A stretch of DNA of 58,498 bases, filler included, from Dugesia japonica (Eukaryota): the NCBI GenBank assembly GCA_001938525.1. It is 6 parts of 6 records of this genome, joined end to end, with 100 filler letters (N's around TTAATTAATTAA, not from the genome) between each part and the next. Parts side by side here need not be neighbours in the genome. Positions count along the whole stretch, not along the records: positions 18,535 to 27,437 come from MQRL01637634.1; positions 27,538 to 39,647 come from MQRL01502468.1; 4 more parts are not named here. One strand, written 5' to 3'. Every line of letters starts with the position of its first letter. The stretch's first letter is position 1. Of the stretch, positions 22,550 to 36,120 are shown piece after piece. A model generated the notes under the pieces. It did no database searches and had not been told where the DNA came from. It saw only the letters and a list, made by a program, of their open reading frames with translations. The position numbers were made by a program, and so were the translations under genes.

Positions 22550-23464
22550 TTATTATAATATGGTTACATTTCTCATTGGTAAGGGAGGAATTTTACAAAA
22601 ACAGTAGCTAGTGATTCGATTTATTATGATTTGTATTTAATTTTACGAATGTCAATTAGATTTTTAACTGGTAAAATAATTTGCTGATAATTATTGAGAA
22701 GATCAAAAAAATTCAACCTTATTTTATTAATAAAAATTAATTGAATTTTCAGAAAATTTGAGTAAGAAATATTCAACAATTTATTCCGGTAGTGTTTTCT
22801 TATAAGGTAAAATTCACCAAATTGTTTCTTATCTATAATTGGATTTAAATTGTTTGTTATTTATTATTTAATTCTGGAAATGAATCTGATAAAATATATT
22901 TTAGACATTGATAAATAAGCAATTTCGCAATGAACATCAATATTGAACAAATATGTGTGTATGCATAATGATTATGAATAGTTATAGTTATTTTGGTTTT
23001 CTGTTTTTCACATAAAATAAATGATTTAGAAAATAATAACAATTTATGAAATTTTAGTAAATAACTATGCAAAAGTAAAAAATTTAATAAAAAAAATATT
23101 CGTTTCTTTTAAACAAAATTTTTACGATTCATTAATTTGAGATTTTATATTTAATAATTTAATTTTATTCTAAATATTCGATTAAATTTATGGAATCATT
23201 TTATTTCAATTTTATTTTTAATTGAATTTTAAAGATACGAGTCTGAACCAAATTTTGATGCATATTCTTTATTATGTTTTTTAATTCTTAAATTCTTTAG
23301 TTATTTTCATTCTTTTATTTGAAATTAAAATAATTAATAAACAGAAAATCACACGAGAAACACTTATATTATCAAATCAGCTTTATGGTATACAAAACTT
23401 GGAATTAAACGAAATTAAAAGTGTAACAGGATATGCACTGAAACGATGAATACACCAATTAACT

Positions 23465-24650
23465 ATGTTAGTAAAATTCAAAAAATAACGGAAAAATCTA
23501 AATAAATAATTTAAGAATTTTCACTTTTAAAATGTAACTGTTTGATTCTGGTTCCACTGATATTTTGTTATAATTCCTTTTTATAAAAGTAAAAAAGTTA
23601 CTTTGAATGTTAAAAAAAACGTCCGGTCCCATTTCATTCTATGTGAGTGATGGCATGAGGTTCAATATGAACACGTTATATTTATTTGTAAGAGATTAGC
23701 TTTTCTTTTGTGGATACGTCATTCAATAATGAATGACTTTATTTAGAAATCAAGTCGATACTTTTAGGCGTGGTGATGGAAGCAAATTTTCTCGTTTTTC
23801 GTTCTTTTTGATGATTAAAGATATTACAGGGTTATTATGGAAGAGCTAATTAAAAGCAACATGTGTCTCGAAAAATTAAGGAAAATAATTAAAATTGCTA
23901 ATGTTTTTTTTTTAATTTGTAAACATAAAATTAGTAAAAAATGATTTTGTTTTTGTTTTATTATTAAATGTTTGTGAAAATTTTCAACATTATTTCATTT
24001 GATTTTTGCATGTTTTGAGATTTTTTTTTTGAAAAATTATTTGACAAAACTATTTCATGTTCTTTTATTATTTATCTTCGAGCACGATTTTTTCACGGTA
24101 GGCTTAAGTGCTTTACATAATTTTATTTTATGGTTTTGCCGCAAAATTTTTTTTGTGGTTTGGTGTGTGGCAATACGAAAAAAGTTGCCCGACACTGTTA
24201 TAAATCATATATGTTAAATACGTTTAAATTAAAATAAAAACTCACTTTCCAAATTAAATAAAATACAAAAAACATTCCAGTAGTCAACAAATACTTAATA
24301 TTTACTCTTAAAATTTTATGTTAAATGATATCAATAATACATTTTTATTTGTAGAAAATAGTAGCATAAATTATCCTTTGAAATTTATGAGATCATTACA
24401 GACAAATATTTTTTTTATTTATGCTTGTTTTCTCCTAATTTTTCTTAAAGTAATTAATGTCTTATTTATTTTCTGACTTTTATATACAAATAAAGAATGT
24501 TACATATTTTTATGACAGAATAAACATCAGTTGACAATGTTAGTAAAATTTAAAAAATAATGGACAAATCAAAATTAATAATTTAAGAATTTTCACTTTT
24601 TAAATGTAGCGGCTCGGCTCTTGTTCCCATGTTATTCTGTTATAATGCCT
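23465..24650 (+). repeat. ~115-bp imperfect direct repeat (23465-23580 and 24537-24650)
   Basis: ATGTTAGTAAAATT.AAAAAATAA.GGA.AAATC...TAATTTAAGAATTTTCACTTTT.AAATGTA...TGTTATAAT in both. Confidence 0.8.
24160..24197 (-). mobile_element. hAT-Charlie-type terminus (orphan)
   Basis: Minus strand CAGTGTCGGGCAACTTTTTT; partner end not found. Confidence 0.5.
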
Positions 24651-24887
24651 ATCATATTTTCATTTTTGCAGTATTATTATAGAAAATATTTTAATAAATG
24701 AATAACGGATTTTCATAAAATTAAATAATTATACTAAAATAAATTGTATATCAAATATCATGATCCTCTTCCTTTTAAAATTGAAAACAATTTTATTTAT
24801 TGTCTTTTCTAAGAAATTGAATGTCGGATTAATGTAGTGGTGGTTATTTAATGATTTTTATATCACTTTTATATCATGTATTTTAAG

Positions 24888-24936
24888 GAACCAAAGAGCC
24901 ACATGCGGCTCTGTAGCCGCACTTTGCCGACCACTG
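24888..24936 (-). mobile_element. hAT-Charlie-type terminus (orphan)
   Basis: Minus strand CAGTGGTCGGCAAAGTGCGGCTACAGAGCCGCATGTGGCTCTTTGG, with a GCGGCT/AGCCGC subterminal palindrome. Confidence 0.7.
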
Positions 24937-26939
24937 GCTTAGACAATTATGTATTATTTTAAGAATACAAAAATCGCTTACTTCATTTTTATATCAGCAG
25001 ACAGAACGGTGGAATGCATGGTAAGTGCAGCTATGGAAGAACGGAATATAAAATATTGGAGAAAAGTTTTATATAGTTTCGAATCATTGTTCATAAAACA
25101 ACAAAGTATCCATTATATTAAGTTATATTCGGTAGTAAACCAATGTTAAAACACTGATGCTGTTACAAGTTATAACAAGTTTGTATTTAACCTGCTAAGC
25201 AAATAAAAATTAATACACAAAAAGTGAAAAAGAAATTGGAAAAATTGAACCATAAAAGATCTGAAAAGTATGATAGAACCATTATGGAATTATAAACTAA
25301 ATGTAGGAAATTAAGTAATGGTGAGATGGATTTTGCTAAAAATATTTTATCCGACCCATTAATTATTATTATTTCAATTAAAAATTTGTGGACTTTTATT
25401 TTTAAGAGTTAAAAATGCCAACAAGTGATACAGAGAATTTATAATCAGATTAATTTAATTTGTATCTTGTTTGTCTATATTAAATGTTTAACACTTCTAT
25501 ATACATTTTGAGAATAATTTATTATTAATTTTAACAGGTCTCTTGTACATAATTTACATTGACTTGTAGATATATTAGTTTTGACTTCTATATTATTATT
25601 TTTCATTAAACTGTTACACCATTTACACCCAGTATTATTCTTATTTCTTTATCATCTAGTATACTATTTTTACTATTAGTTATACTATATGCTGTATTAT
25701 AATAACGAAACAATAATTCATAATTAAAGTTTTGATTTAATACTATTTATTTATCTTAAGTTCTGACTTATTACTTTGTGCATTTATACTTGCTGAAAAT
25801 TTACTACTTAACACTATTAATTAAATTTCCAGATCTGTTTAAGATACTATGTTTTCCATTTATTATTAATTTCATATACGTTAATTTTAATGAAAATTAC
25901 TGATATCTTTTTTGAGATTATTATTTCGTGCTTTTTGATGCTACTAATTTTCTTAATTCTTAAAATGAAAAGGTTGGTTTATATTTCGGACTTGAGTCCT
26001 CCTTTATATTTTTTTCATCGTCGATTTTGTATATAGAATGTTCACCTTAAATGTCAATAATTGATTTATTCTCATTTTCAGCATCAGATATAGTAAAAAT
26101 GAATTATGAATATGCTTTTAGCGAAATTTTATCCTGATTTTGATTAATAAATATTTTACTCAATTAACTAGTTTTTTTCAAATTTTTAAAAAATTTTCAA
26201 TCTAAAAATGAGAATAATTAGAGTAAATCTAAATTTGTTTTATCTAAAGTTTGTAGCTAGTAATTTAGCAGACTTTTTATAAGTTTTTTGGTTTTAATAA
26301 CTGCAATTTTAATCAGAATTTTAATATAAAACAATAATATAATATAACTAAAACTGAGATGTTTATTTTGTAATGTATTAATACATAAATTTAATATAAA
26401 AACTAAAAATAATTATAACAATTATTTTAAAATGAAATAATATACTACTTATATTTGTAAGCAGTTTGTGCGAGATTTCCAGAGTAGGTCAGTAAGTGAA
26501 TTGGGTGTTTATTTATTAAATCATTTGAATTACAGCTGATAAATGAAAGCTTTGATATCTACGAAAGATAGTTGCTTTATAATTGAAAATAACAACATTT
26601 GTTGCTTAAAAGATTTGATACACCTTCAGATGTAAAATAGTTAATTGGTTATTTTAATAAAAATACTGCTACATTAAATATTGAAAAGTTAATATTAAGA
26701 AAAATCTTGTTAGTTATGAAATTAACGAGAATACGCAAGAAATTCAAAGTTACTTTACGAGCAGTGACATAACAATTGTAATAAGACATTTCACAGACAT
26801 TGTAATTTCGAACAATTTCTATTAGGAATAATTATAATTGTTTTTTATTTTTCAAGTTAAATAAAAACGATAAAGATGAAATATTACGATTTATTTACTT
26901 AGGTTTTTCCAAATCGATTAATCTGTGGATACTTGATTA

Positions 26940-26970
<31 letters not shown>

Positions 26971-27437
26971 TATTGAATGAGTAAATCAAATCAAATCATC
27001 AGTACAATCTGATAGAAAATTAAAAGTTTAATGTATAATTATTACAGATATATAACAGAGAAGACATTTTTCTTTCCTATTCTGTCAGTGAACTAATATT
27101 TCAAAGATATTTTTAACTAACAATTTCATTTATTGATTTTTAAATCTAAATATGGTTTGTCTATTTTTATAAATGAAATTTTGAAAAAAAATTATTATTT
27201 TCAATTTATTTTAGATTAATATTTGCAATAGTTGTTATTATAATGGATATTTACATTTATTTTCAGTAGAATAATTCTTTATTATCTATTTAATTATTCA
27301 ATGCTTATTCTTCAAATTTAGAATTCAATAATATGATTTTGAATCGGTTTTTAAAAGAAAATTATCAAAAATCACATTGATTTATTTTTATTAAGATAAA
27401 TAAATTATATAAAAAGTAATAATAATAATAATAATAA

Positions 27438-27537
27438 NNNNNNNNNNNNNNNNNNNNNNNNNNNNNNNNNNNNNNNNNNNNTTAATTAATTAANNNNNNN
27501 NNNNNNNNNNNNNNNNNNNNNNNNNNNNNNNNNNNNN
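27438..27537. other. Artificial contig spacer
   Basis: 44N-TTAATTAATTAA-44N. Confidence 0.97.
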
Positions 27538-30500
27538 TTTCCTTATACCATTTGGCTTTGACTTTGATTGTTAATTTACCTTGGTTTATTTCGTAATCTG
27601 ATCAACGTTTGAGGCAATGTTTCGTGTCATGTTCTGTTTATTGTGATTGTTCGCAGACTTTGTTTTAACGTTTTGTGCAACCTCTCTATCTTCTCGTAAC
27701 ATTGTGGGCTGTATTCACTAGTTATGCTCTTTTTAATGTCATATTTGTTGCACAGATTCTTGAGCAGTTGTGACTCGAATTGTGTACCCTGATCGGTTAA
27801 AGTTTTTGGTTGCTCGTTGCTTGCGAACCAATTTAATTCTATGTTTTTGCAAATATTTTAATGGTATAACTTCAAACCAGTTTGTTTTTCTGTCACTCAT
27901 TGTTAACAAATATTTATATCCGTCATTTGGTGGTAATGGTAAATTCCTTAATTTCTTGTCTCATTTTTGGTCAGATGTATTTATTATGAATCATCTCGTA
28001 TGTCAATTTGTTTCCAGGGTGTTGTTTGTTGTGAATCCGGGTTTTCTATTAACTTCTAGATTCTTTTAGTAGAAGGATTCTTATGTTTCCTTCGTTTTGC
28101 ATGTCGCACCAGACATTGTTTATTTTTGTTAGTTTTAGCGAGGATTTTGACGGCATTTTGTTTATTGTTTCAAATTGTTTTTGCCTGATTTCTTCAATAT
28201 TGAAACAGTTAGTAAATTCAATCAAATTGACTTCACTTTCAACTCTTGATAGTGTATCTGCTGCTACGTTTGATGCTCCGGCTATATAATTCATTTTGCA
28301 TTGAATTGTGAGATAAAATTCAATTGATGTATTTCCCTGAGAGAGGTAATTTCATATCTATTGCATGTACAAGAGGTTTGTGGTCTGTGTATATTTCGAA
28401 CATTCTTCCTTCTAACAAGTATAAGGAGTGATTTATTGCCTCTTGTATTGCGAGAAGTTTTCTGTCAAACATTGAGTAGCGTGTTTGTTGCTTTTTTATT
28501 TCTTGGAGAAGAATTCTAGTGGTAGTTTTCGGTTTTTATTCTCCTGAAATAATTTGGCTCCCATTGCAATTCTTGATCAATTCGTTGTTAGAATGTATTC
28601 TCTGTTTGAATCAGCGTATCCTTATAGTATTGCTTTGAATGGACTGTTAATAGCATTTTCAAAACCTTCAGTATATTCTTTTGTCCAACTTATTTTCACA
28701 TTTGATTTTGTTCAGGTCGATCAATGGAGCTAAACATTTAATGCATTTCGGGATATAAGAGTGGTAAAAGTTTACCATTCGCAAATATCTTCCAAATTCC
28801 CTTGTTGTTTTTGGCAGTTCATATTTCTTTATATTGCTTGTTTTGTTTTCTATTGGATTGATTCCAAAATGATTTAGTGTGTGTCCTAGAAAATCAATTT
28901 TTTGTTTGAGGAATTAATATTTTTTTTACGTTTAATTTTAAGTTATTGTTGCCTAGCGTTTTGCAAACTTACTAGAGTGGGAGCCATTTTATTTCAGGAT
29001 AATAAAAACGGAAAAAACAACTATTAAGTGTTGTTTCTTTGAGGGACTCGCAATTAAAATATCATCTAGCTTTTTTATTTTCTTTTAGGATCTGACCTAT
29101 GAATCTTTGAAAAGTAGACGCTGCATTTCTGAGTCCGAAAGGCATCATGTTGTACTTGAACATCTTTACTGGTGTGATGATAGGTGTTTTAGCTATGTCT
29201 TCTTTCCTGATTGAGATGTGATGATATGCGTTTTGCAAATCATTTATTGAAAAGACCGTAGCCACATTTACTCTGTTTATGATATCTTTGATAATTGGTA
29301 ATTGGTAATTGTCCGATGGCGTTATTTTGTTAAACATTCTGTAATCACCCCAGGCTCTCTATTCTCCGTTTCTTTCTGTTTGAAGATTAGTGTGAATGAC
29401 CAGTTTGATTTCGATCGTTTGACGATATTGTTTTTCTCCAAGTTTGAAAATATTGTTTCCGTAATTTCTGTTTTATAAGGATCGAGTTTCCTAACTTTCG
29501 GCTGAACTGTATCACAATTAGTTATGATAGCGTGCTCTGTTATGCACTAATAATTTCCTGTTATTTGTAATTCTTCGGTGATGTGCTTATATTTATTTAA
29601 TAAACTGTTTATTTCATCGGGATTATTTTGCTTCTATGGTTGTCTATTAGGGTAATGTTTACCACTCCAATATCAATTTTATTTTGCGCTCTTCTGTTGA
29701 ACTACGCAGTATTTGTTGTACTATCTTTGTTTTTGTTTTCAATGTATTTCCTATTGTCACAATTAACCTGCAATTCGTGGGATGTCAGGAAATCGGTTCC
29801 TATTATTGCCTTTTGGACTTCAGCAATTGTGAAGGTCCATTTGTAGGTTATGTTATTGACGGTGATTTCTATTTGGTTGTCTCCGAATGTTATGTTAATG
29901 TTTTGTTTGTTTTGGAGTTGTTTTTGAATATGAAGTGAGGGAGAAGTGAAATCACTGAGATAGTATCTATTAAAAATTCAGTATTGTTTGAATGCAATGT
30001 GAAAGTGTGATGGTTGTCACCGAATGTAGGTGCTATCACTAGTGACTTTTTTAGTTTCCTTTATTGGGATTTTATGAGCATGGCTTGATGCACTTGTATG
30101 CTTTGTTCCCAAATTTGTTATAGAAGTAGCATAAATCTGTTCTTCTGTTTTCATGGTTATTAAATAACGGTCGAGGGGTTTCGATTTCTTTAGTTGGATC
30201 TGTTTTGGGAGAATGCCTTTGAATGTGGTCTACTGTTGTAGTTCCTGTGCAAGATGTGTTCTCGTGGATGAGAATTCGTTATTTCGTTTAGTTCATCCCT
30301 GATTTTCTGGTTTTCAGTGAACAATTCTTTCATTTTGGACATCAAGGATTTCACTAACATTTCCATGTTATTGTTTTTTGAAGAGTTTTGTTCCACACTT
30401 TCGTTCTTGTGGTAATTATTATATTTCTTAGTACTGAAAATTGTAGGAAAAGTCTCTTCGTTAATTTTATCGACGATTTCCGCCAGTGTATTGAGATTAT

Positions 30501-32123
30501 AAGTATTGCTTGCTGCCAGGATTCTTCTTATTTCGGGGGTCATCGTTAGCATAAAAATTTCTTTAAGCAGCTCATTTGATCCGCGATTCGTGATATTTGG
30601 CTGCAGGTATTCGAGTTTTTGTTTTAACAGGCGTAGAAATTCGATGGGTTTATTAGTCCTTAGTATGGTATTGTTAAGGCAAGCTTCTAGCATTTGCCTC
30701 CTGTTTATTTTATTTTTATTTATTAATAGTGTCAAATGAGTTTTGAGAACTCGGATTATCAACATCAAAATTAACCTCTATAAAATTTATTTCAAAATAA
30801 AAACTATACACATAATTTGTTTTTTTCCAAACAAATTTAATAATTCATATTTAAAAACGGAAAATATTAAATTCTTAAATTTTATTAATATCTCATTTTA
30901 AAACACTAAAATAAACATATTCCATTCATTTAATTTAAAATTTATTATATTTAAAATATATTTATATTCTTAAATTTTATTAAAATCTAATTTTAAAACA
31001 CTAAAATAATAATATTTCATTCATTTAATTTATTCATTTATTTTATAAATTATTTTCCTGATACAAATTTAAATATACTTTTGATTTTAATAAATTACGT
31101 TTTAAAAATACAAAAAAATTTAAGTCTGTTTTTAAAAGAACTATTTTATAAATATGCTGCATAATGTTTTAAATCGTTCATCTTCTTTTGCGAGTGAACC
31201 GATTTAGTGTGAAATTTAATTTAGAACATTGCTAAGGAGTGCCAACAATGTGCGTGAGAACAATGTTTTGGATGATTTGGTTCCAGATAGTGTCAAGGTT
31301 AGCTTAACGAAATCCAGCCACTTTTGTGGAGTTCCATTTTCGTCGTTGAAGTAGTTAGGGATGCTTATTTTTCGATTTAAAACTAATTTAATGTTCAGCT
31401 CTTCATTTATTTTTGGATCGCTTTCGCCGTTAGATACATTCATTTCTTTGACTTCAAATTTTATATTTTTATTTCTTTCTTTATTCAAATTTCTTGTTGT
31501 TTTTATGTCTGCAAAGAAATTTAGTCAGATTTAGAATATGGCATACTGTGTTCAGCCAAAAGAGTTGTTGAACCTTTATTAACAATTCTAAATTGTCAAC
31601 GTTTGAAGAACAAATTTTTTATCTGTTTTCAATTTACAGGTTTTAGTTTAGGGGTTTATTTTTTCCTTTTGACACCAATTTGTAAAGTTTAGTCGAGCGC
31701 AATAAGCTGGTTGGGGCTTGATTAATTTCATTTCTATGAATGTCTTAACTTTTTTAAATTTGATGATTTTATTTATTTATTTTTGTTTAGGCTGTTGTAC
31801 TTGTGTGGAGAATTCTGTAGGGTCTAAGAGAGTCACCAGAAAATGTGTAGGGACACTTTTGGTGTATGTTGTGTTAGATAATTTATTTTACAAATCCTCC
31901 ACTCAAATAAAATAACTTAGATTAATAATAATAATAAAAATAAATTATATAGGCTAGAGTAAATATAGGGAATTAGAATAAATAAATACATTTCTAATTG
32001 TATAAAATAATTATTATTTAAATAAAGCTACCATAATAATATTTAAACAAACAAGTACGAACAAAGTTCGATCCAGTTAAACGACTAATAAAATAACTAA
32101 GCAAATAATTTTTCTATCATACA
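27538..32123 (-). mobile_element. Decayed Ty3/Gypsy LTR retrotransposon (5' LTR-PBS-gag-PR-RT-RNaseH-IN)
   Basis: Gag at 31488-30190 with CYFYNKFGNKAYKCIKPC knuckle (~30080-30135). Protease FLIDTISVISLLP. RT GDYR...DLQNAYHHI...MPFGLRNAASTFQR and LDDILIAS. RNase H YTDHKPL and NVAADTLSR. Integrase GYKYLLTMSDRKTNWFEVIPL and TDQGTQFES. Confidence 0.93.
31832..32123 (-). repeat. Putative 5' LTR (~31846-32123, TGTA...TACA) and primer-binding site TGGTGAC (31832-31838)
   Basis: TG...CA ends, AATAAA on the minus strand, and TGG a few nt past the LTR end. The second LTR is not in the contig. Confidence 0.55.
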
Positions 32124-32239
32124 TTTAGTTAATCACAATCTTGAAATTTCATCAACAATAAGCTATGTTATCTATAAGTTGTTGTAAATGGATCTTGTTA
32201 TGGAATTATATTATACTCTATTGGGTGTCATAAATTTGA

Positions 32240-34513
32240 TGATACAAAACCAATATTGTCAGATAAAAAAAACCATTTCTACAAGCTACGCAAGAAATGC
32301 TAATTCCGAAGCCTACATTTTTTGTGGTTCTTCAGATACTGAAGAAGATTGGATGCAAACCACTAAGTAATTTGACATATTTAATCAAATGAGGATTACT
32401 TTTGCATTTGATATGTTATTACGAGGCAATGCCAAGGAATTGTGACAAGAAACTAACACAAACGAGAATTTCAATTCAAATGAAAAGTGTAAAAATTGGT
32501 TTCGATTAACATGTATTAACGATAAATCTCTGGTTGACAAAATTACAGATCCATCATGAGTTAAACAAACCATTGATGAAAAACATCGGAATTTCGAAAT
32601 AAGAGTAAAAAAGCTTGTTCACGATATATTTGAAAGCAAAAGATCACNAGAAGAAATATCAAGAGTTTTTATTCTGAATGGTTTAAGAAGAGAGANACTT
32701 AAAGAATCCTTTGCACTCCAACCAGAATTAAATGACGAAAAACGCCGAGAATCGGCTGCAAACCTTGATAAATTTGTAGCGAAAAGTAATGTAAATGTTG
32801 TCAACGAAAGCTTTGCAAGTGCAGTTAAGAAATCAGCTATCAAACCAAAATTTAATAAAATGGGAAATGATTACATAGGACCATATTTTCACCACAAATA
32901 AAATACTCCAAAATATTCTAAAATTTCTAGAAAACCGACAAACGATTCAAGAATTGGTAATAATATACAACAATTAAAAGATATAAATAAAGAACAAAGA
33001 AGACAATTTCCAAAACATTCTCTGAAATATGTAACAACAAAAATTTATAATAGATGCCATGGTAAAAATAGGTGTGTAATATGCGGTAAAGAAGGTCAGG
33101 CTTTCAGAAATTGTGCATTATTATAAAGAGGACACAATAATCAAAGAATATTATGTAGAGCGAAACAAGAAAGGGAAGAATCCTTAAATAAATGTAACTC
33201 GTTAATTGATTTTGAACATGATGCAATAAATATCTTAGAAAATAATGAAAACAATGTGTCTATCTTGTCAGGGAGGTTGCATTAAAGAATTTTAAACAGA
33301 AAAATTGGGATATTGATAGGAGACCTGATGTTAAACTGATGTATCAAAAACAAAATGGTAGAAATTGGAGCAGTGTAAATTGTAATGGAATTAGTGTAGA
33401 GATCTTGTAGAAAGCTCAAGTTATGATAAGTTATGAAAGTATCATAAAAATTCAAAAAATCAAATTACCAAAGAGATAATTGAATATATTAAAGATCAAA
33501 GCTTCCAAGTTAGTAAAAATTTAAATAAAATTAAATAATTCAGAGATATTGATAAATTGGTGGAAGAAGATATATTGCTGTTTCTTGATAAAAATTTTAA
33601 GATGATTGTTTTAGCAGGTAAATCAGTGGTTGATTTAATAAATTACATTCATGAAGAAGTATGTCACTTGGGAACGAGAAAATGAACTGAATATATTCAA
33701 ACAACTTATTTTTAGCCTGATATGTTCAGAAAAATTGAACATGAGTTTTAAAAAATGCTTAATTGGCAATCAAAGGAAACATATACAGGCAAAACAAAAG
33801 AATTATTTTTAACTCGAACCGAATTTGGAGCATTAGAACAGATTTTCATTGATATAGCTTATTTTGATAAATCAAAGTTAAAAAAGAAATATATTTTAGT
33901 CATTATATATCAATACGGCAAACTTGTTAGCCTGCCAGCCATGGCAAAACAAGACAAAAAAGCTGTAGTTGAATCAATAAAAGAGAATTGGATATATAGA
34001 TTCGGCAAGCCCAAATCCATACTGACAGATAGAGGCAAGATATTCGAAGGAAAATTGATGCAAGGATTGACTCAGAAATTTGGAAGAATTTTCGTCTCCA
34101 TACCAACATCAATCAAACAAATTGGTAGAAAGAACGATCAGGACACTACGTGATATGATTGTCACTACAATAAAAAGGGGATGTGAAGACGTTAGTTTAG
34201 ATAAGCTATTACCTCGAATTCAATTTTCAATTATTGCAACCCAAAAAAAGGCAAATGGAGTATCACCGTTTGAAATAATTTATGGAAGAAAACTTAAGAT
34301 TCAGAGACCATTACTAAATGATAATACAAGCAGTGGAGAAGTTAGATAATTAGTTGATAAAAATTTGAAAAATGCTGCACTGAAATTAAATAAATATGAA
34401 TCAGATAAAAAATTACATCGGAATCTTGTTGAAGTGGAAGAAGTTCTAGTAAAGGTAGAACATCACAATTTAAAGAAAATGGATACATATATGAAGATCC
34501 TTTTGAAATAGTA
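32240..34513 (+). mobile_element. Decayed Ty3/Gypsy element: gag + integrase, RT/RNase H not recognisable (deleted)
   Basis: Knuckle CVICGKEGQAFRNC (~33073). IN zinc-binding IHEEVCHLG; EQIFIDIAYF; ILTDRGKIFEG; SSPYQHQSNKLVERTIRT; GVSPFEIIYG; GPY/F-like YEDPFEIV. Confidence 0.88.
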
Positions 34514-34517
34514 GGTA

Positions 34518-34883
34518 GATTGGTCAGCATGACCCAATCATTTTGATCGGTCAATTCAAAAAAATTCTCTTACCCCGCTACCCCTTCATCCGTCGCGAAA
34601 ATAAATTAAAGTGGGGTCTGCGATCGTATGAGTTATCGCGGTTATATCGATTATTGATTATCGATCATTGATTATCGATTTTTGATCTGATTGATTATTG
34701 ATTATCGATTTTCGAAATGAATATTGATTTTTAAAGTGATTTTTGATTTTTAAGTGTTTTTTAATGTGAAAGTTCGTTTTAGAGTGCTCGGAAGAGAGGG
34801 AGGGAAGGTCGAGGAGATCAGCAAAGGCGGCATAAGCGTCTTGGAATTCACCAATCAAAATAATGAGGTCATGCTGACCAATC
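34518..34883. promoter_or_regulatory. 366-bp cassette bounded by 43-bp inverted repeats with double CCAAT boxes; internal TATCGAT tandem array
   Basis: 34518-34560 GATTGGTCAGCATGACCCAATCATTTTGATCGGTCAATTCAAA vs reverse complement of 34841-34883 GATTGGTCAGCATGACCTCATTATTTTGATTGGTGAATTCCAA; four TATCGAT at ~34645-34710. Confidence 0.7.
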
Positions 34884-35764
34884 CAACTCGGAATTGTCTT
34901 AATTAAGTCTTATTGTTGAAATTTCATATTTTTTGTTTTAATGAACAAATAAATTAAGCGGGAAATTCAAGTTTTAAAATAATTTGGAGAGAAATTCAAA
35001 TTTTATGCAAAACTTTTTTACAAGTTATTTTTTTCAAAAAATTTTTTGGCGCCAAATTTAAAATTTTTTCTTCTTTTTGTGTCTTCTATCTTTTTTTTAA
35101 TATTTTGTTTAATCTTTTTTTATTTTTTTTATTTTTTATAAGGTTTCGATGATGTATTTCAATAGACTTTTTAAGTCTGTATGTAATGAAATAGACAAAT
35201 TTTTACAAAAATGTTCCTGTTGGTTACAGTGACGCGTTTTTCGATTTCAGTTAATAGGTTCTAGTTTCGCGGTTTTTTGTTGGATTTGGATGAACTTTGC
35301 TTTGATTGAAAGAGGAACATGGGTGACAAGTGATGGTAAAAAGGTTTAGTAATTCATATGTGACGGTGCTTGTGTTTGTGTAAAAATGCGTTTTTTTATA
35401 TGAAAATCGCGACAGAATGGGTAACGGGTGATAATTTTCGTGTTTTGAAGGTATATTTGAGTTTGACATCAAAATCAATCTATAGATTGTCAAAGGTAAC
35501 TATGAGCTAAAATGTTTGTGTGTTGCATGAATCCCGCTTTTGTGTTGCAAAAATGACTTTCAAGTATATTTATTGGTTTTATGAGATAAACAATTATTAA
35601 AAATTATTTCACATGTGATTTTGAGTGATTTTGTGTTGCTTATTTGTTGAACCAGAGTTGCATCCTTAATGCATTATTTTTTTTTACTCATTAAAATTAT
35701 TTACATTAATTCAATAAAAAAAACAATTTTCAAAATAACATTTATTAATAAAACAATCCTTTAA

Positions 35765-36120
35765 AATTTCATAAAATATAACTATCAAAAAACTTCAACT
35801 TTGTGATATTTTCATGATAAAATATAACTCTTAAAATATAACCAAAGAGTTGAATCCATAGATATTTACATGTTTTATTATGGAATATAATTAAAATTAC
35901 ACAAAGAGCGGAGTCCATGGGTAATTGCATGATAAAATAAATGAAATGTATATTCAAAATGACCAAAGAGTTTAGTCCATAGATATGCTTTATTATAGAA
36001 TATAATTAAATTATTCAAATGAGTGAAGTCTATGTGATATTTACATGAAAAAATATAACTATTAAAATATAACCAAAGAGCAAAGTCGTTGTGATATGTA
36101 CATGATAAAATATTCAAATT
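35765..36120. repeat. Degenerate tandem array, ~55-60-bp units (with ~115-bp higher-order period)
   Basis: Recurrent AATATAA...CAAAGAG....TCCATAGATAT...CATGATAAAAT. Confidence 0.8.

Noticed and set aside
27770-30739. Plus-strand ORFs opposite the Gypsy pol/gag (and minus-strand ORFs at 40198-42183)
   Set aside because: Antisense shadows of retrotransposon coding frames with no motifs of their own.
35765-36120. CRISPR-like array
   Set aside because: Eukaryotic context, degenerate units with no unique spacers, and no cas genes.
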